Virus record (IMG/VR): IMGVR_UViG_3300048503_000017
DNA length: 64,000 nt
Source of the DNA: an uncultured virus (IMG/VR IMGVR_UViG_3300048503_000017)
Lineage: Duplodnaviria; Heunggongvirae; Uroviricota; Caudoviricetes
Strand: one strand, 5' to 3'
The position numbers were made by a program, and so were the translations under genes. The notes beneath the pieces are model-generated. The model saw only the letters and a list, made by a program, of their open reading frames with translations, did not search any database and was not told where the DNA came from. Shown here one piece after another: positions 28,424 to 36,773 of the stretch. How positions within the stretch are numbered: position 1 is the first letter of the stretch; each line of letters begins with the position of its first letter.

Positions 28424-29184
28424 GCTGCGGATTCCAAATTTTGGAGTGAAGCCGCAAGTTCGAGAATGGACTCTTCGTTCAAGATAACCACCTGCGAGAG
28501 TATTTCGTCGGAAGACAACTCCGATTCGATCAGTTCCTTGATCTTCTTGCAGCGTTGGACTGCCGTGGTGATTACGGTAATCAAAGATGGCGTTCCGGTT
28601 TTCTCGGCCACGAGCAGTTCAAGCGTTCTGCTCTCATCCCCCTCACAGCCGAATTCCTTGGATATTTCCAATAGGCCGGCGTCGACTACCTTCTTCCTCG
28701 ACCGTGGCATCTTCACGCTAAATGAGACGATCTTCTCCCGACCGTTCGACGGCTTCTCTTTGCCGTTCATCTCTTCATCGATTACAGCTTTGAACGTGTC
28801 GGTGGAATCGGTTGCCGCCCGCCGCATCCAGTATTCTGTAAGCCGCTTCGATTCGGGCAAGTCCATTAGGGCTTCGGCGTTGGTCAATTTTTGGGAGCAA
28901 AATAATTTCTCTTCGACGCCGGGGAATGCCTCCGCAATTCTCATTACGTTAAAGAATGTGCTCTGCTTCACCCCAGAGGCTTCCTGGGCCTCTTTCTTGC
29001 TGGCGTAGCCAAGAATTCCCCAAAGCCCCTCTCTCTCCAAAGCCGCCGCGTGATACCCGATCCTCAAAGAGTTCGTCGACACCAGCGGTCCTGACTGCTG
29101 GATCGCTTTCCAATGGCTTAAAGCCTCTTTCTTTCGGCTTGCCGCCTCTGCTTCTAGTTCGGGCATTGCTAAAATGGTCGCCAT
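28420..29184 (-). CDS. hypothetical protein (possible HTH)
   Basis: 254-aa ORF, GAGG RBS. Confidence 0.7.
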   Translation of the reverse strand: MATILAMPELEAEAASRKKEALSHWKAIQQSGPLVSTNSLRIGYHAAALEREGLWGILGYASKKEAQEASGVKQSTFFNVMRIAEAFPGVEEKLFCSQKLTNAEALMDLPESKRLTEYWMRRAATDSTDTFKAVIDEEMNGKEKPSNGREKIVSFSVKMPRSRKKVVDAGLLEISKEFGCEGDESRTLELLVAEKTGTPSLITVITTAVQRCKKIKELIESELSSDEILSQVVILNEESILELAASLQNLESAA

Positions 29185-29196
29185 GATTTTCCTCTC

Positions 29197-30573
29197 CTAA
29201 ATGATTTGCCTCTGCGGGTAAGTGAATCTGAGATGGTCCCTGTCAAAGTAACAGGTGATCTTGCCGCGCTTGCCTTCCCTCTGCTTGGCAATTTTTATCT
29301 CCACATCCAAGAGGTCGCCTCGTTCTCGCTTCTCCGGGTCTTCAATGCTAATCATCAGCATGTTCTGTGCGGCGTGGGAGATTACCGACCCTCCGAAGTT
29401 TGAGTCTGTAGTCCTGCCCTTTTTCTTCATGAAACCATCGGCCTTGCTGTACTGGCTCAAAACTACCAAATGGATAGTAGGCTCCTGCTTGGGGATGTCT
29501 CTGAGCATGTAGATCGTATTTGCGAATTGCTCTGTTCCGCGCAGCCCAGGCATCCCTTGAAGAAGTTGGACATAATCTATCACGAAGAGGCGGATCTTAA
29601 ACTTCCTCGCCATCATGCGGATTCTGGACCGGAGCTTATCAACCCGCAACGGGCTTGTGTCGTCAATTCGAATCGGAAGCCGAGCAAGTTCCTCGGATAC
29701 CTTTTTCATCTCGGGGATGTGCGTGTGAAGATTCATTAGTCGCGGATCGCGGATGTGATCTGCCGTCAGAATATCGCTCATGGCCGCATAGTACCGCTGG
29801 GCAACTTTCTCTTTGGACATTTCCATCGAGAACCATGCACAAGGGATACCCTCTCTTGCGTTCGCCAAAGTCATCTGCACCGCTGCGGCCGTTTTGCCTC
29901 CCGAATTCTCACCGCTGATAATTGTGAACTCCCCACTGAATGCGCCGTGCGTGAACTCGTCCAAACCGGCCAACCCCCAGGTCATCTCCAGTGCTGTGCG
30001 CTCATTTGAAATGACGCGGCTTTTGTTGATTCTCTCCTCTACTGCCGGGATGCAGGCACCGATCTCTACCGAGTGGCTTGTCCCTTCCGCTTCCTCATCT
30101 CCCAATTGGTCTTGGATTGCTGATCGAACCTGATCTGCGGTTTCTGACTGATCCTGAGCCCTCGCCAGTCCAGCATTGAATATCCCCATCAGCCTCCGCA
30201 GGCGTGCCTTATTTTGGACTATTCGAACATGCTCCTCGATGTGGATGTTTCTGTAAATGCCTTCACTGAGGCTGAGGATGTATGCAAATCCGCCCACATT
30301 GTCGAGCCACTTTCGCTTGCGCAACTCCTCGGCAAGCGTCATGTCGTCTACATGGAGAACCCCTTCGACCATTCCAAAAAGGATCTCATTGATGCAGGTA
30401 AAGATTTTTCGATTAGAATCCAAATAAAAGTCTTCAGATTTTATGTCTAACGTGTCGTCAAAAAAGGCTTCATTGTCTGTAATGATTTTGCCGAGAATAA
30501 CCCTCTCGGCATCTGCATTCGATGGGAGGGGTGATTCAATCCCGTAATCTCTTGGTTCTGCTTTTTGGCTCAC
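29197..30573 (-). CDS. dnaB: DnaB-like replicative helicase
   Basis: P.N.DAERVILG N-domain; Walker A GENSGGKT; FSMEM; VIDYVQL; VLSQ; IAKQREG. Confidence 0.9.
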   Translation of the reverse strand: MSQKAEPRDYGIESPLPSNADAERVILGKIITDNEAFFDDTLDIKSEDFYLDSNRKIFTCINEILFGMVEGVLHVDDMTLAEELRKRKWLDNVGGFAYILSLSEGIYRNIHIEEHVRIVQNKARLRRLMGIFNAGLARAQDQSETADQVRSAIQDQLGDEEAEGTSHSVEIGACIPAVEERINKSRVISNERTALEMTWGLAGLDEFTHGAFSGEFTIISGENSGGKTAAAVQMTLANAREGIPCAWFSMEMSKEKVAQRYYAAMSDILTADHIRDPRLMNLHTHIPEMKKVSEELARLPIRIDDTSPLRVDKLRSRIRMMARKFKIRLFVIDYVQLLQGMPGLRGTEQFANTIYMLRDIPKQEPTIHLVVLSQYSKADGFMKKKGRTTDSNFGGSVISHAAQNMLMISIEDPEKRERGDLLDVEIKIAKQREGKRGKITCYFDRDHLRFTYPQRQII

Positions 30574-30851
30574 GATAGATCGCTCAGTTCTATAATTTCA
30601 GCCGGCCAGGGGAACCGCTTTCCCTCTTTCAAATAGTTCTTCAATCCCCGCTCCAGTTCCTTTTCGTCAAGACCATCCAACCCCTCAACAAAGATGCCTA
30701 TCAACTCTTCGTCGACGACGCGGTTCCTGTCGATGGCTGCGTACTTGTAGAGATATTCCCCAATCAAAGCCGTTCGCTGCTGGCTAGGCGTTAGCGACTG
30801 CGGCTGCGACTGCTTCACGATTTCGGTCCCTGATGCTAGCCGCTTCCCCAT
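30570..30851 (-). CDS. helicase loader/inhibitor-like protein
   Basis: C-terminal KRFPWPAEI motif; lies between initiator-like gene and dnaB. Confidence 0.5.
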   Translation of the reverse strand: MGKRLASGTEIVKQSQPQSLTPSQQRTALIGEYLYKYAAIDRNRVVDEELIGIFVEGLDGLDEKELERGLKNYLKEGKRFPWPAEIIELSDLS

Positions 30852-31410
30852 GCTTTCCTCCTCCATTGACCATCGGCTTTCCGTACCTGTCCAGCGGAGC
30901 CGCCGAATACTCTGCCAGTTTGTCCACCCAAGCATACAACCCTTGAGCATGATTCACTTCGCTCTTGCCACGGTTGTTAAGAGCCTTCCGCCACATCTCC
31001 TGAGTCCAATCCTTGTGTATGCGGAGAAACCTGTTCACAGCCATTCCGTCCATCGCCATCATCGTGAACATGGTTCCCGGATTGGCCCACTCGAAGTATT
31101 TCTTCAGGTCGTCGATAAAGGCTATACGGCGTTCCGTTGCCGAGTCCAAATTTTGGAGTATCACTCCATCCCCAGACTTCACCACCCCGCAGCGCCACTT
31201 CGTACTCTTGGGAACCTTTGCAACTAACTCAGGAACCGCTACAGAGACCTCCTTGATCCCGTCCAGCATATTCCCCGTCTTGCAGCGCACAAGACCAGCC
31301 AAAGCCGCTGTGGTGGCTTCCGTGCCGTCTGCAATCTTCACGGCTATGTACGCCAAGACGCCATTAGACGACAGTTGCTCGATGATCGATGTGTCGATTG
31401 TCAGTTCCAT
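30784..31410 (-). CDS. putative replication initiator
   Basis: position upstream of loader/DnaB; N-terminal wHTH-like segment. Confidence 0.4.
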   Translation of the reverse strand: MELTIDTSIIEQLSSNGVLAYIAVKIADGTEATTAALAGLVRCKTGNMLDGIKEVSVAVPELVAKVPKSTKWRCGVVKSGDGVILQNLDSATERRIAFIDDLKKYFEWANPGTMFTMMAMDGMAVNRFLRIHKDWTQEMWRKALNNRGKSEVNHAQGLYAWVDKLAEYSAAPLDRYGKPMVNGGGKHGEAASIRDRNREAVAAAVANA

Positions 31411-31563
31411 GAATTCCCTTTCTCCGGCCCAATCGGAGGGTGGGAGAGTGATTGGGGCCACTCTCCCACTAGGAGGGCGCAACTCGCAGGTTCGCTCTGC
31501 GGTCACTTCCCAGGCACCAGCCCGAGCACCTACAGACTAGCACAAAACTGCCAACAGCCGCGA

Positions 31564-31887
31564 CTACTCTTCTTCCGACTCCCCTTCTTCTGAGCCGGCT
31601 TTCACCTTGACCTTGATGTTCTCCGACTCGTGAACGATGTCGATGCGGATGTTGTCGCGGTGATAGTGCTCACGCTTCTGCGCCTTCATCAACTGGAGAA
31701 GTTGTCCCTTGAGTTCCACTTCGCTGCGGCTGAGACTGCATCGCTGGTCGCGGACTTCGGCGTACTCCAATGCCTTGTCTTCGAGCACTGCGATCTTGGT
31801 GTCTTCCATCTCTGGAAGTTGCTGTTGCCTCGGGCCTTTCTTCACTTCCGGGGCTTTCTTTGCTGCGGCTTTCTTTTTCGTTGCCAT
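31564..31887 (-). CDS. hypothetical protein
   Basis: AAGGAG RBS; Lys-rich N-terminus. Confidence 0.65.
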   Translation of the reverse strand: MATKKKAAAKKAPEVKKGPRQQQLPEMEDTKIAVLEDKALEYAEVRDQRCSLSRSEVELKGQLLQLMKAQKREHYHRDNIRIDIVHESENIKVKVKAGSEEGESEEE

Positions 31888-31898
31888 TCGTTTCTCCT

Positions 31899-32384
31899 TT
31901 AGAACAAGGTTCCGGCCATTTCCGGTTGTGCTGCGCCTACTTGGATTTCAACCCCACACGCCACTGTTACTTCCACTCGTTCCGGTGCGCCGTAATGCTT
32001 CCTTGCTGTGAGAGACACAACCTGGGAGTCGTCCTCGTACAAGACACCCGTGAAAGAATCTCCGCATCCACGGCAGAGCTTGTCCAAATCCGGCCGTACC
32101 ACCATCTCAGTTCTCTTCTTCGACACAGACTGCGGCTTTAGGAAATAGAAGTCCAGTTCGATGCTCACCGGAACATGCTTCGCGGCCATCGGTCGTTGCA
32201 TGTTTGCAGCCGCTATTGCCCGTATTGCCTCGCGGGTAACTTCACCACGAAAAGTTTTTAGGTCCTTGTTGTCGCTGGTGATTATAGCCCTGTCTTGCTG
32301 TCCCCACTTACCCTTCACAATGAAGGCGCGACTTGAACCTTGGGGCTCCGGCTTCACGAACGCTGTGAATCTTACTTCGCTCAT
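31899..32384 (-). CDS. rusA: RusA Holliday junction resolvase
   Basis: PEPQGS; RPDLDKL...DSFTGVLYEDDSQVV. Confidence 0.9.
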   Translation of the reverse strand: MSEVRFTAFVKPEPQGSSRAFIVKGKWGQQDRAIITSDNKDLKTFRGEVTREAIRAIAAANMQRPMAAKHVPVSIELDFYFLKPQSVSKKRTEMVVRPDLDKLCRGCGDSFTGVLYEDDSQVVSLTARKHYGAPERVEVTVACGVEIQVGAAQPEMAGTLF

Positions 32385-32938
32385 CCCTTCGCCATCCTTT
32401 TGATTCCGAAGTCGCGCAGTTTGATTTTTGCCATGCGTCCGTCTAGGTGATGAAACACGATACCCTCAATGTCCCTGCCCGTCATCCAATCCAGCAGTTC
32501 TTCAAACGTGCGCGGCGCATCATCGTAGACATCAGTTTGCCCATGCGAGACAAGTTCGTGCGCTTCGTAGTGCTCCGGGTTGCCCTGTACCTTCGGCCCA
32601 ACCAATTCATAAGTCCCGTCCGGTGGAGTTCCGAGCTTTAGAGCTTCACGGAACCACTTGTCTTCGGGACCATCTCCGACAGGAACCCACCCTACAGATT
32701 TCTTCGTTTCTTCGTCATGGCCAGCAAGTTCAAAACCGACCGGAACGGAATCTCCTTCCCGCAGTTCCCGCCGCCTGTAGAGAAGACGATCACGGACCAT
32801 CGCACAGGCTCCGTCAATCTTCCGAGTCGCCACGCCCTCTCCAGCAGCGACCCACTCACAACCCGCATGAATCTGATTCAGAACACGCGACCTGTCCCCA
32901 TTCCAGTCTCGTTCAAACATCGTGGGTATCTTATTCAT
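32381..32938 (-). CDS. DUF5565/RLIG1-like RNA ligase-fold protein
   Basis: KIPT.F, motif I TRKIDG, GTYELVGPKVQGNP, IEGIVF, MAKIK. Confidence 0.65.
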   Translation of the reverse strand: MNKIPTMFERDWNGDRSRVLNQIHAGCEWVAAGEGVATRKIDGACAMVRDRLLYRRRELREGDSVPVGFELAGHDEETKKSVGWVPVGDGPEDKWFREALKLGTPPDGTYELVGPKVQGNPEHYEAHELVSHGQTDVYDDAPRTFEELLDWMTGRDIEGIVFHHLDGRMAKIKLRDFGIKRMAKG

Positions 32939-33291
32939 TCCGCTCCAATCTCCACCAGCACCAGCGGGTTGTCCGTAGACTTCACCCTGACAGTCTTTCC
33001 ATTCACTTCCAGCACCAACGGCCTGCGGTTTCCAGTGTCGTCAAAATGCCACCCAAACAACTCGTCCACCTTCAAATCAAAGTACCGTGCGATCTGAAAA
33101 GCCAACTCCAGCGAAGGTATAGCCCGGTGCTTCAAAACCGCTTCCGCATGGTTCTTCGATATTTCAAAAATCTCCGCAAACTCCCTGATGCTCAAGCCGT
33201 GAATCCTGGCTAGTTGGTACAAGAGCGGCATTGCCAGTGTTCCGTACACGGCTCGTTGCCGCTCGATAGTGCGCTGGAGATTAGTCGGCAT
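32935..33291 (-). CDS. XRE-family HTH regulator
   Basis: GLSIREFAEIFEIS...PSLELAFQIARYFDLKVDELF. Confidence 0.8.
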   Translation of the reverse strand: MPTNLQRTIERQRAVYGTLAMPLLYQLARIHGLSIREFAEIFEISKNHAEAVLKHRAIPSLELAFQIARYFDLKVDELFGWHFDDTGNRRPLVLEVNGKTVRVKSTDNPLVLVEIGAE

Positions 33292-33505
33292 TTTTTCGTT
33301 GGTTGAATCTGCGGAACTTAAGTGCGCTTTCCAATGCGTCTCTGAGTTTGTCATCGGGAGCGGTTTCGATATTCTGTTTAATCCATTCCGCAATGGTTAC
33401 TGGAGCAGTGCGATCCTGTTCCACTAGAGTGAATGTTCCCTGTCCACGCGCTTTAGCTTTGGCATGAACCGCTGTGTCGCGGTCGTTCTCTGAGAGTTGA
33501 TACAT
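33281..33505 (-). CDS. hypothetical protein
   Basis: FTLVEQD..AP..I..W pattern; tiling. Confidence 0.55.
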   Translation of the reverse strand: MYQLSENDRDTAVHAKAKARGQGTFTLVEQDRTAPVTIAEWIKQNIETAPDDKLRDALESALKFRRFNQRKNAD

Positions 33506-33664
33506 TCAGTTTTCCTTTCGCAGTTGTAGAAGTTCGGTGCAGATTTCAAGGTCAAGCAATGCTCGATCCTGTACAGTTTGAGGCGCGTATTCACCGACCA
33601 CGATGCGACTGGTAGCGTGTTCGAGTTCTTTCTTTCTGTTTTCGATTACTTTGATGTCCAGCAT
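33506..33664 (-). CDS. small hypothetical protein
   Basis: GAGG RBS, 52 aa, TGA abuts next ATG. Confidence 0.5.
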   Translation of the reverse strand: MLDIKVIENRKKELEHATSRIVVGEYAPQTVQDRALLDLEICTELLQLRKEN

Positions 33665-33672
33665 GGCCCCCT

Positions 33673-33915
33673 CTACTTCACCTTCGCCATAACGTAGTCG
33701 AGTACATCCTTCACCGTCCCGGCACCGACGAGCTTCTCGACATCATCATCGGAAAGTACAATGTCCCACTCCTCTTCAACCTGCATCGTCAACTCGACTA
33801 TATCCAGTGAGTCGGCCCCCAGGTCGTCCATCAGTTTTGCGCCGGGAGTCACTTCAGTTTCATCCACTCCCAACTGCACGGCAATGATTTGCTTCACTCT
33901 CTCTTCGGTGTTCAA
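33673..33915 (-). CDS. acpP: acyl carrier protein
   Basis: EERVKQIIAVQLGV...DDLGADSLDIVEL.M.VEEE...TVKD; phosphopantetheine Ser in GADSLD. Confidence 0.9.
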   Translation of the reverse strand: MNTEERVKQIIAVQLGVDETEVTPGAKLMDDLGADSLDIVELTMQVEEEWDIVLSDDDVEKLVGAGTVKDVLDYVMAKVK

Positions 33916-34208
33916 TCTTCCCCCTCCCAATGATTCCAAATTTTGGAATGCGCGGGCTGTGGCAGTGTGACCTCACCGGCCAATTACGGAACTGTGTCCC
34001 AACCCGAACATCTCCACCCGGCCCCTTCTCCATCGGCTGCTGCCAAGTCTTTCGACTCCCCTCTCAGGTTCAAGGCGCTCGTCTTGGTCGGAACCTTACC
34101 GGATGGAAACTTAAAATGAGGGGTTATTTGTTCGAAGGATTTTACGCCCACGTACTACCAACCCCTCATGCCGCAGTGGGATTCTCTCCCCTTTCGTACC
34201 TGCGGAAC

Positions 34209-34829
34209 CTAGCTCCTGAAGTGAGTGGATGCCTGCTTGTCCAACCTGCATCCAGGCAACGAGAATCCATCCTTCTCCAGAGCCGCTTTCTTGTCCAACC
34301 AGCCCTGATCGAGAGTGAAGCACTGCATCGGCGCCGTACCTGCGGCCACGGCCTTGAGCAGCGCCTTCACGTCCGTCACCACGCACTTGTACGCGGTCTT
34401 GCCCACCTGCCCGACCATCCGTACAGGCGCTTCCTGCTGAATCACCACCGGAGCCGCCATGATTGGCTCTTCCAGAACTGCGTATGCGGCTTCTGAGTCT
34501 CCAGCCTCGTCAAGCTCCGCTGCCCTCTCCAGTTGCTCCTTACGGGCCGCTGCTTCGGCTTCCTCGCGGGCGATGCGCTCCAACTCCTGCTGCTTGCGCT
34601 GTACCTCTTGGTTGTACCCAGTGATGAGGCCCCCAAGCCGCCGCTTCTCCGCGTCCACCGGCCCCGCAAACTCCTTTTCGTGGAGTAGAAGCGGAGCCTT
34701 GAAAGCGTCTACCTGCTGCTTCAGCGGCTTGTAAAACAACTCGACTTCCCTCGTCGAAGCCTGAAGCACCCGACCGGCGTTGTTGGCCGATTCCAACTCT
34801 TCAGGCGACGTTACCTGCTTGATCTTGAA
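34209..34829 (-). CDS. coiled-coil phage protein lacking a clear 5' end
   Basis: protein-like from FKIKQVTSPEE to PGCRL; upstream in-frame sequence is the pentamer array. Confidence 0.6.
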   Translation of the reverse strand, partial: FKIKQVTSPEELESANNAGRVLQASTREVELFYKPLKQQVDAFKAPLLLHEKEFAGPVDAEKRRLGGLITGYNQEVQRKQQELERIAREEAEAAARKEQLERAAELDEAGDSEAAYAVLEEPIMAAPVVIQQEAPVRMVGQVGKTAYKCVVTDVKALLKAVAAGTAPMQCFTLDQGWLDKKAALEKDGFSLPGCRLDKQASTHFRS

Positions 34830-35050
34830 TCCTAACCAAGCCCCACCAAACCAAACCCTAGCCTGCCAGCACCCTGCCCCGCCGAACCTGACCCCACCGC
34901 TCCAAGACCGAACAAGCCTCACCGTGACTCACCCAACCAAAACGCACCCAACCATACCTAGACTCGCCTTACCTAAACTGACCGTACCGCGTCTCGCCAC
35001 ACCACACCCAACCGAAGCCAGACATGCCACACCCAACCATGCCGGAACAA
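34830..35050 (-). ncRNA. NN-GGY pentamer array 2 (44 units), candidate guide RNA
   Basis: 36 units in register 34871-35050 plus 8 units 34830-34869 (1-nt slip at 34870); 31 of 44 are exact GGY. Confidence 0.75.
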
Positions 35051-35052
35051 AG

Positions 35053-35682
35053 TTAATCTTGTTGAACCTCAAACGATGTGATCTGGAACCTTCCGTATGT
35101 AGGGCGGAAATCCCCAACGCCGATCACCTTACCGGCCATCGTCAACGTCTCCAGCAAGTCCGACTGAGAAATGTACATGGGAAGATTCACCATCAAACTC
35201 AACTCCGCAGACCATCCTTCATGAAACGCTGGCCGTGTGCGCGTGATACCACTTCTCTGAATTTGAACTCTGCATTTATGCAGGAAGTCCCATTCCTTCG
35301 ATGTTTTCCCATCACGGTTCACGATTGGACTCAGCGGCGAGAGACTGACAATGCCAGCCTTGAAAAGGTCCATCGCTGACTTTCGCGGTGAACGCGGATC
35401 TTGCCGGAACTTCGCGGCATTGATGGCCGACATGCGAACATACTCTGCCGGGAGGCAAATCAACCCCTCTTCGTCGCGGCGAACATAAGACTCCAGATCG
35501 TCGCTCTTCTTCGCCTCGCTACCCTTCTTGGCCTTCCCCTTCGCTTCTACTGAATCGCAGGACCATGCGTGTAGAAGTAGATCAGCCGACCCGGAAATCT
35601 TTACATGGGCCACATAGGGAATATCTGTTTCAATTGCAAACTTCCCATCATTTGTCGGTTCAGAAATTGCTGTCTTTGCCAC
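35053..35682 (-). CDS. stand-alone Cas7/RAMP-like protein
   Basis: VKISGSADLLLH first strand; LPAEYVR helix; RVQIQRSGITRTRPAF hairpin; C-terminal G-rich loop GVGDFRPTYGRF; GGAGG RBS plus GTG. Confidence 0.75.
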   Translation of the reverse strand: MAKTAISEPTNDGKFAIETDIPYVAHVKISGSADLLLHAWSCDSVEAKGKAKKGSEAKKSDDLESYVRRDEEGLICLPAEYVRMSAINAAKFRQDPRSPRKSAMDLFKAGIVSLSPLSPIVNRDGKTSKEWDFLHKCRVQIQRSGITRTRPAFHEGWSAELSLMVNLPMYISQSDLLETLTMAGKVIGVGDFRPTYGRFQITSFEVQQD

Positions 35683-35693
35683 TGTACCCTCCA

Positions 35694-35818
35694 AACTTAC
35701 CTAGCCGCGCCGTGCCACAACTTACCCTGCCAAGCCTAACCATGCCGTAACACACCTTGCAAAACCACACCGCGCCATAGCCCGCCTAACCTTGGCCGAC
35801 CTTGCCCAGCCTCTCCAC
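35694..35818 (-). ncRNA. NN-GGY pentamer array 1 (25 units), candidate guide RNA
   Basis: uninterrupted 5-nt register; 18 of 25 exact GGY. Confidence 0.75.
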
Positions 35819-35980
35819 AAACGCCGCTACCTCATCCTTCAACTTCTGAACGCTATACCGGCGCTGATTACCAGCAGTCCGCGTAGACGAAATTCTCCCC
35901 TGCGCTTCCCACCGACGAAGCGTTTTGGCCGACACACCGAGAGACCTTGCAGCCTCTTGAATTCCTACCAAACCGTTCAT
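35786..35980 (-). CDS. MerR-type wHTH protein (IS607 TnpA N-terminus-like, no recombinase domain)
   Basis: IQEAARSLGVSAKTLRRWEAQGRI...RTAGNQRRY. Confidence 0.75.
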   Translation of the reverse strand: MNGLVGIQEAARSLGVSAKTLRRWEAQGRISSTRTAGNQRRYSVQKLKDEVAAFVERLGKVGQG

Positions 35981-35987
35981 ATTGTCT

Positions 35988-36016
35988 ATTGTTGGGCATG
36001 TTTGGGTATTTGTCAA
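35988..36016 (-). promoter_or_regulatory. putative sigma70 promoter (possibly leaderless)
   Basis: TTGACA-17 nt-AACAAT, with ATG 7 nt further downstream. Confidence 0.4.
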
Positions 36017-36672
36017 GTGGTGCCTCCAATCTTGTATAGGCCGTTGTTGATTCCAAGAATGACTGTCGCCAAAAGCGTCTGAAACTCACGCGCAGCCGCA
36101 ATGAGGTCGTAGTAGAACGGCCTAACCTCTCCCTCTTCATCCACTTTAAGCATTGCCCCAAGCCAACCCCCAGGAACCTTTTCTTGACCCAATGAATAGG
36201 CCCCAAGTTGCCATTTCCAAACCGGCTCTTCTTTCGATGCGGTTTTCAGATCGAGAATCACCGACCGCTCTTTCCCTTGATGCTCGATGCGGCCCCTATG
36301 GTCAAGTCGCATCCCGAATTCCATACCGAAAACACTGACGATCTTCGCCTCTTCCATCGCCTCACTCACGTACTTCCGCTGCTTCAACCACTGTTCGATT
36401 CCAACTACAGGCGGAATGATTTTCTCGTCGATTGAATCCCAATCCAAATCGCCAGCAACTAGATACTCAAGAGCGGAATGGACAGCTTCTCCATATAATC
36501 TTTTCCACTCAAGGGTCGCCGGCTTAATCATACTGTAGTCGGAAAATCCCAAAAGACTAAAAACCTGAGTGACGCTTGGAATAACCGTGCCACGAGCATT
36601 CCTGTACAGATGATGCTTCTGGTCAAAATAACCGCCGGAAATTTCTACGCCCCAATCACCGTTTGCCATCAC
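36013..36672 (-). CDS. PD-(D/E)XK (Cas4-like) exonuclease
   Basis: HLY...PSVTQV...G.AVH...E...GMRLD...ILDLKT...QLGAY. Confidence 0.8.
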   Translation of the reverse strand: MMANGDWGVEISGGYFDQKHHLYRNARGTVIPSVTQVFSLLGFSDYSMIKPATLEWKRLYGEAVHSALEYLVAGDLDWDSIDEKIIPPVVGIEQWLKQRKYVSEAMEEAKIVSVFGMEFGMRLDHRGRIEHQGKERSVILDLKTASKEEPVWKWQLGAYSLGQEKVPGGWLGAMLKVDEEGEVRPFYYDLIAAAREFQTLLATVILGINNGLYKIGGTT

Positions 36673-36773
36673 ACCGCTCCACTCCCCGTTCTAATGTTTC
36701 GGCGAACTCCTCTGCCTGCGGTAATACGGCTTCGATTTTCTCCCGCATTTTGGCGGCATTCACCTTGATTTCT

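Noticed and set aside
34780..35379. ORFs translated from the pentamer arrays (e.g. 34780-35379 +, 34929-35117 -, 35565-35750 +)
   Set aside because: Low-complexity Pro/Thr or Gly/Val products arising from the 5-nt repeat; they overlap the RAMP gene.
34830..35818. Classical CRISPR array next to the Cas7-like gene
   Set aside because: There are no 23-50 bp repeats with unique spacers; the period is 5 nt.
35786..35980. IS607 transposon
   Set aside because: Only the HTH is present; there is no serine recombinase domain and no tnpB.
36013..36672. Cas4 acting as the adaptation nuclease of the RAMP locus
   Set aside because: It lacks the Fe-S cysteines and is a common phage recombination exonuclease near an SSAP; a link is unsupported beyond adjacency.
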